A DNA stretch of 64,000 nucleotides from an uncultured Gammaproteobacteria bacterium (lineage in GTDB: Bacteria; Patescibacteriota; Microgenomatia; 2-02-FULL-39-11), in the NCBI GenBank assembly GCA_964520615.1, contig CAZFNL010000137.1:7140-71139 (forward strand). Direction: 5' to 3'. The notes beneath the pieces were generated by a model that saw only the letters and a list, made by a program, of their open reading frames with translations, did not search any database and was not told the origin of the DNA. Both the position numbers and the translations under genes were made by a program. Position 1 is the stretch's first letter. Each line of letters begins with the position of its first letter. Of the stretch, positions 60,362-64,000 are shown in pieces.

Positions 60362-61318
60362 TTAACTTTGACTTAATCTTATTGAAATGCCGGAAAAATA
60401 AGTTATGTAACCCAAACACCAAACGATTGGACCCAGTCTTTCAACAATCCACCCACGAAATGTAAAGGAGTAAACAGGCGGTAAAACTATTTTTACCAGA
60501 CTTAGTATCAGAAACCCTATCGATTTGAGTAGATGGCTAAGTTTATATATTAGCTTTTTCCTGCCATATCTTGCACAGTGTGCCTGACCCGACGCAAAAT
60601 ACCGTTTCAGTCTGTATGATACCCTAGTTTTACTCGGAGGAACTAAATGATAAACTCTAAGACTAGGACTATAATAAAAAATTTCCCCAGATTCTTCCTT
60701 TTCCCAAACTCTTTCAAAAAAACCTGTTTCTTCTCCAACTGATAGTATTTTTCCTTTCATGCCGACTGCTTCCTCAAATCCCCCGAATCGGAGCAAGGTT
60801 GACCGGCAAACAAACATATTTGAACCGGAAAAAGATTCACCTTTGTGCAAATATCTGGATTTGTTTCCCTTAAAATCTGCCTCATAAAGGTCTGAAAACC
60901 ATTTGGGTTTTTGTCCGGAATAAAAAGGTATAATTGGACCACCGATAACCAGAGGATCGGGTTTAATCGAACCAAAGATTTTCAAAGCTGATTCTAACCA
61001 ATTCAAATCGGCTTTTGCGTCATCATCAAGAAAAGTGACAAATTTTCCTTTTGCACTTAAAAGTCCTGTATTTCGTGCTATTCCCAGCCCCAGTCTTTTT
61101 TCCTTAACCAAGTTGATAATATGATTCTTATATCGTCTCTGAAACGACCAGACAACATCACTAGTATTATCTGTTGACCCGTTATTTACCACTATAATTT
61201 CGTAATTTTTCTTTTCCAGTGTCTGGCAGACCAGACTTTCCAATGCCTGTGATAGCAATTCTGACCTGTTATAAGTACATATAATTACGGATAAAAGCAG
61301 GTTGGAATTTCGCTTCAT
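60362..61318 (-). CDS. GT2 glycosyltransferase
   Basis: ICTYNR, NNGSTD, ARNTG, FLDDD, GSNM, GEE. Confidence 0.93.
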   Translation of the reverse strand: MKRNSNLLLSVIICTYNRSELLSQALESLVCQTLEKKNYEIIVVNNGSTDNTSDVVWSFQRRYKNHIINLVKEKRLGLGIARNTGLLSAKGKFVTFLDDDAKADLNWLESALKIFGSIKPDPLVIGGPIIPFYSGQKPKWFSDLYEADFKGNKSRYLHKGESFSGSNMFVCRSTLLRFGGFEEAVGMKGKILSVGEETGFFERVWEKEESGEIFYYSPSLRVYHLVPPSKTRVSYRLKRYFASGQAHCARYGRKKLIYKLSHLLKSIGFLILSLVKIVLPPVYSFTFRGWIVERLGPIVWCLGYITYFSGISIRLSQS

Positions 61319-61362
61319 TTCTAAATTTTAGTAGATTCAAAGGTTTTTGCCTAGTAGATAGC

Positions 61363-62304
61363 CTATATTTTGAATTTATGCCTCACGGCAACAGATAAAC
61401 GCGTTAGGATCTCCTCTTCATTGGGAATTGTAACAAACTCCTTATTCTGCTTTAAGTTTTTATTTTTCTCCTCCCAATTTTTTATCTGATTAGCCATAAA
61501 AGGAAAAAACTGGTATTTCTCAAGAACTAGATTTCGAGCTTTTACAATTGCCTCACTGCTCTTTTGCCAAAGATTGCTTTGACTAACTTGGTCAATCTTT
61601 TTAGCTACATTTTTGTCGTTTATGTCAATCTGTACGAAAGAATTTTTTGGAAAGTAGTCCGATAAATTGGTACAACCGTAATATATGGGCATTGTGTAGG
61701 AGAGAAAACAATCGGCAATTTTTTCCGTCCAATAATCAGGACAGGAAAAATTCTCGATTGCCAGAGAATATTTGTATGGATAAAGACCATCCCATTTATC
61801 TTTTATTGGTAGAAAGCCAAAACCAAATAAGTCAAAATCCACTTTGTCTTTTATTTTATGAAGAAACATTAGTCTCTTTTTATGCCCTGAAAAATTATTT
61901 TTATTTGAAGTGATAAAAGAAAGTACTTTTGATTTAGATATTGATTTAATTTTTACCAACTCGTCGTATGTTTTTCCGATATGCCAGGGTAACGCCGGTT
62001 GTGTATGTATAAACCTTTCCTCTTTCAAGGAGCTATCCGTAGTAAAAACTCTGTAATAGATTTTATCGGCATTATGCCTCCTGTGGAAATACTCATTAGG
62101 CGGTTCTTGCTGAAGTGACCAAACATTTTCTTTAGAACAAGACACATTGTAATTCTGCCTGGCAAAATTGGAAACAATTACATAATCACATTCTGAAACA
62201 GGCTTGGTAGTAAACTGAACCCCATCCCAAATTCCCTTTCCTTTGGGTGATTGCCTGAAGATATCAGGATAATCCCAATTCTTTATTATTCTTACTAAAA
62301 TCAT
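61363..62304 (-). CDS. GT10-family (alpha-1,3-fucosyltransferase-like) glycosyltransferase
   Basis: QEPP, YKYSLAIENF..PDYWTEKIADCF..PIYYG. Confidence 0.85.
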   Translation of the reverse strand: MILVRIIKNWDYPDIFRQSPKGKGIWDGVQFTTKPVSECDYVIVSNFARQNYNVSCSKENVWSLQQEPPNEYFHRRHNADKIYYRVFTTDSSLKEERFIHTQPALPWHIGKTYDELVKIKSISKSKVLSFITSNKNNFSGHKKRLMFLHKIKDKVDFDLFGFGFLPIKDKWDGLYPYKYSLAIENFSCPDYWTEKIADCFLSYTMPIYYGCTNLSDYFPKNSFVQIDINDKNVAKKIDQVSQSNLWQKSSEAIVKARNLVLEKYQFFPFMANQIKNWEEKNKNLKQNKEFVTIPNEEEILTRLSVAVRHKFKI

Positions 62305-63221
62305 TTTTTCCTTAACAATACCAATACTCCACCCTGAGGGTTGTACATTCTCTTACCTTCTTCTACATCAGTATAATATCCCTTAATTGTTTTACTCACC
62401 TTCTTACCTTCAATATCCTTCTGACTGCAAAAGCGGCCAAGCAGAGAATATTTTATTTCAACGGGAGTAAACCCTTTAATAAGTCTGACAAATCTTCCGG
62501 CATCATAAACTCTATGAAGATTATAAACGACCGTAGGATAACCATAAGGTATAGTTAGGATAAGATATCCTCCTTTTTTTAGTATCCTTTTTGCCTCTTT
62601 CATGGCTTTTATATCGCCATCTGGATCAAGAGGATCTCCGTAGCGACCCAAACCGACATGTTCTAATGTCGAAATTAATGAAACTACATCCATGGATTTA
62701 TCAGACAATTTCGTATCCATACAATCACCCACTATGTAATAAACACTATTTTTTGATTTTCGGGGAAAGTCCGAAACATCCAGGGAGTATACGTTAGTAT
62801 GTGCTTTTACCAAAAGCATTATGGTAATAGTTGAAAAACTGAATCCTCCGCCCATATCGATAATCTTCCTTCTCTCAATACCAATCCTGCTTAGGCAATC
62901 TGCCAGAAAAGAATATTCAAGTTTCCTAAGATGGTCGCTAATAAATCTTTTCTCAAGGTATTTTCCCACAGTAATGTGATTAATCTCTCCCCACCTGTTT
63001 GATATTTCATTCCGGATTTTTTCTAATTCACTATCATTGGGATTTCCGATATATTTCAAATATAAACGGCGCAAAAAATCATATAAAAAATTCTGGCGAA
63101 AATAATTCGAAAATCCGCCTACTTCATTCGTACACTGCATATATAATTCAGCATCACTGAAGCTACTAAAATCTTTTATAAAATCCTTCGGTTTGAAAGT
63201 GATATTTATTTTGTTCTTCAC
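62301..63221 (-). CDS. DUF268-like SAM-dependent methyltransferase
   Basis: IDMGGG, ISTLEHVGLGRYGDPLDPDGD, YNLHRVY. Confidence 0.85.
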   Translation of the reverse strand: MKNKINITFKPKDFIKDFSSFSDAELYMQCTNEVGGFSNYFRQNFLYDFLRRLYLKYIGNPNDSELEKIRNEISNRWGEINHITVGKYLEKRFISDHLRKLEYSFLADCLSRIGIERRKIIDMGGGFSFSTITIMLLVKAHTNVYSLDVSDFPRKSKNSVYYIVGDCMDTKLSDKSMDVVSLISTLEHVGLGRYGDPLDPDGDIKAMKEAKRILKKGGYLILTIPYGYPTVVYNLHRVYDAGRFVRLIKGFTPVEIKYSLLGRFCSQKDIEGKKVSKTIKGYYTDVEEGKRMYNPQGGVLVLLRKK

Positions 63222-63237
63222 GTCATCAGGTTAATAT

Positions 63238-63999
63238 TTATATAAAATATTTTGTCATCTCATATGCCGTAATATCTACTAGCCGTGATTTCCTAAATAA
63301 ACAGGATAAACCTAATAAAATTTGTTTAGCAATTACCCACCGAGTATTTCGGGAAAGCTTAGACAACATATATCGATCAAAAACCTGCATTCCGTTATAA
63401 GAATTTCCCAAACATGTCTTGAACCAATAGCCTTTCAGCAATCTCTCAAAAAAAAGTGCGTCGTATCTTTTAACCTTCCTGTTAGAGTAAAAAATTCTCA
63501 AAAGCCACTTTTCCACCTTTCCGATTTCAGCTGTGGATAAATTTTGCCGCCCCGGTTCAAGCAGTCTATGTATTTCTATCTCCTCTGGTAAAGCATAAAT
63601 ATCCAGTTTTTTTAAATTCTCCTTCATTATCTTATCAGTACAATCATCTATCTCTTTTCTTATACCCTTGGACATGTTTTGGGAATGTTTCCTGTAATAA
63701 GTCAAGACAATAGGAATATTTGCTATCTTAAATTTATCGGCTAACCTGACCCATAGATCATAGTCCGGTGCAGGCCAATAATCGGAACGAAAATGTTCAT
63801 CTTTTAAGCAATCTTTTCTCAGAAGAACCGACGACTGAGTAATACAATTCCTAAACAAGAGTATTGCCTTTATCAATTCGGGAGACCCGGCATGACGCCA
63901 AATCTGCCCGGTCTTTTTTCCTGCGTTATCAATAATTTCTACCCATGACCCGGCTATATACACATCCTTATGACTATCAAGAAAAGATACCTGCGTTCC
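63238..63999 (-). CDS. GT2 glycosyltransferase, 5' end outside the window
   Basis: Frame is open to the window edge: QVSFLDSHKDVYIAGSW, ITQSSVLLR, DYDLWVR, YRKH. Confidence 0.85.
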   Translation of the reverse strand, partial: GTQVSFLDSHKDVYIAGSWVEIIDNAGKKTGQIWRHAGSPELIKAILLFRNCITQSSVLLRKDCLKDEHFRSDYWPAPDYDLWVRLADKFKIANIPIVLTYYRKHSQNMSKGIRKEIDDCTDKIMKENLKKLDIYALPEEIEIHRLLEPGRQNLSTAEIGKVEKWLLRIFYSNRKVKRYDALFFERLLKGYWFKTCLGNSYNGMQVFDRYMLSKLSRNTRWVIAKQILLGLSCLFRKSRLVDITAYEMTKYFI

Positions 64000-64000
64000 C

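Noticed and set aside
1685-63540. Numerous plus-strand and nested ORFs of 60-150 aa
   Set aside because: They are antisense or alternate-frame shadows of well-supported minus-strand genes and carry no recognisable motifs.
1043-64000. 63-kb single-strand gene orientation as a special feature
   Set aside because: Two long operonic clusters and leading-strand bias explain it.

Overview
This is AT-rich bacterial chromosome in the standard genetic code. Gene content and style (short MurE, DUF4012, LytR_C fusion, homodimeric GlyRS, many GT-C enzymes) suggest a Patescibacteria/CPR organism, probably Microgenomates; this is inference. All genes from 1043 to the window end lie on the minus strand. 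Four blocks are visible. (1) 1-1550 is a small decayed zone: pyrD with a premature TGA, a frameshifted HAD hydrolase and an HTH/glycosyltransferase chimera. (2) 1651-26456 is an extended dcw cluster (mraZ-rsmH-ftsL-ftsI-murE-pgeF-murC-murB-murA-glmU-glmS-hydrolase-murF-DegT-like-FemAB-dgkA-mraY-ftsW-murG-ftsQ-ftsA-ftsZ) with no murD or ddl. (3) 26761-31771 holds a PilM-like/LytR_C fusion, an MBL hydrolase, glyS and recO. (4) 31935-64000 is a large surface-glycan locus. The most striking signal is a very small (~130 nt) glycine T-box attenuator upstream of glyS: the GGC specifier sits in a 6-nt apical loop on a kink-turn, and the distal Stem I and Stem II are both absent. Also notable are an in-frame heptamer array with a nested palindrome inside a DegT gene, a ~23-bp mini-element in the loops of two other repeats, IS200/IS605-type non-autonomous elements, and an O-antigen-ligase::GT-C fusion. 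No rRNA, tRNA or CRISPR array was recognised.
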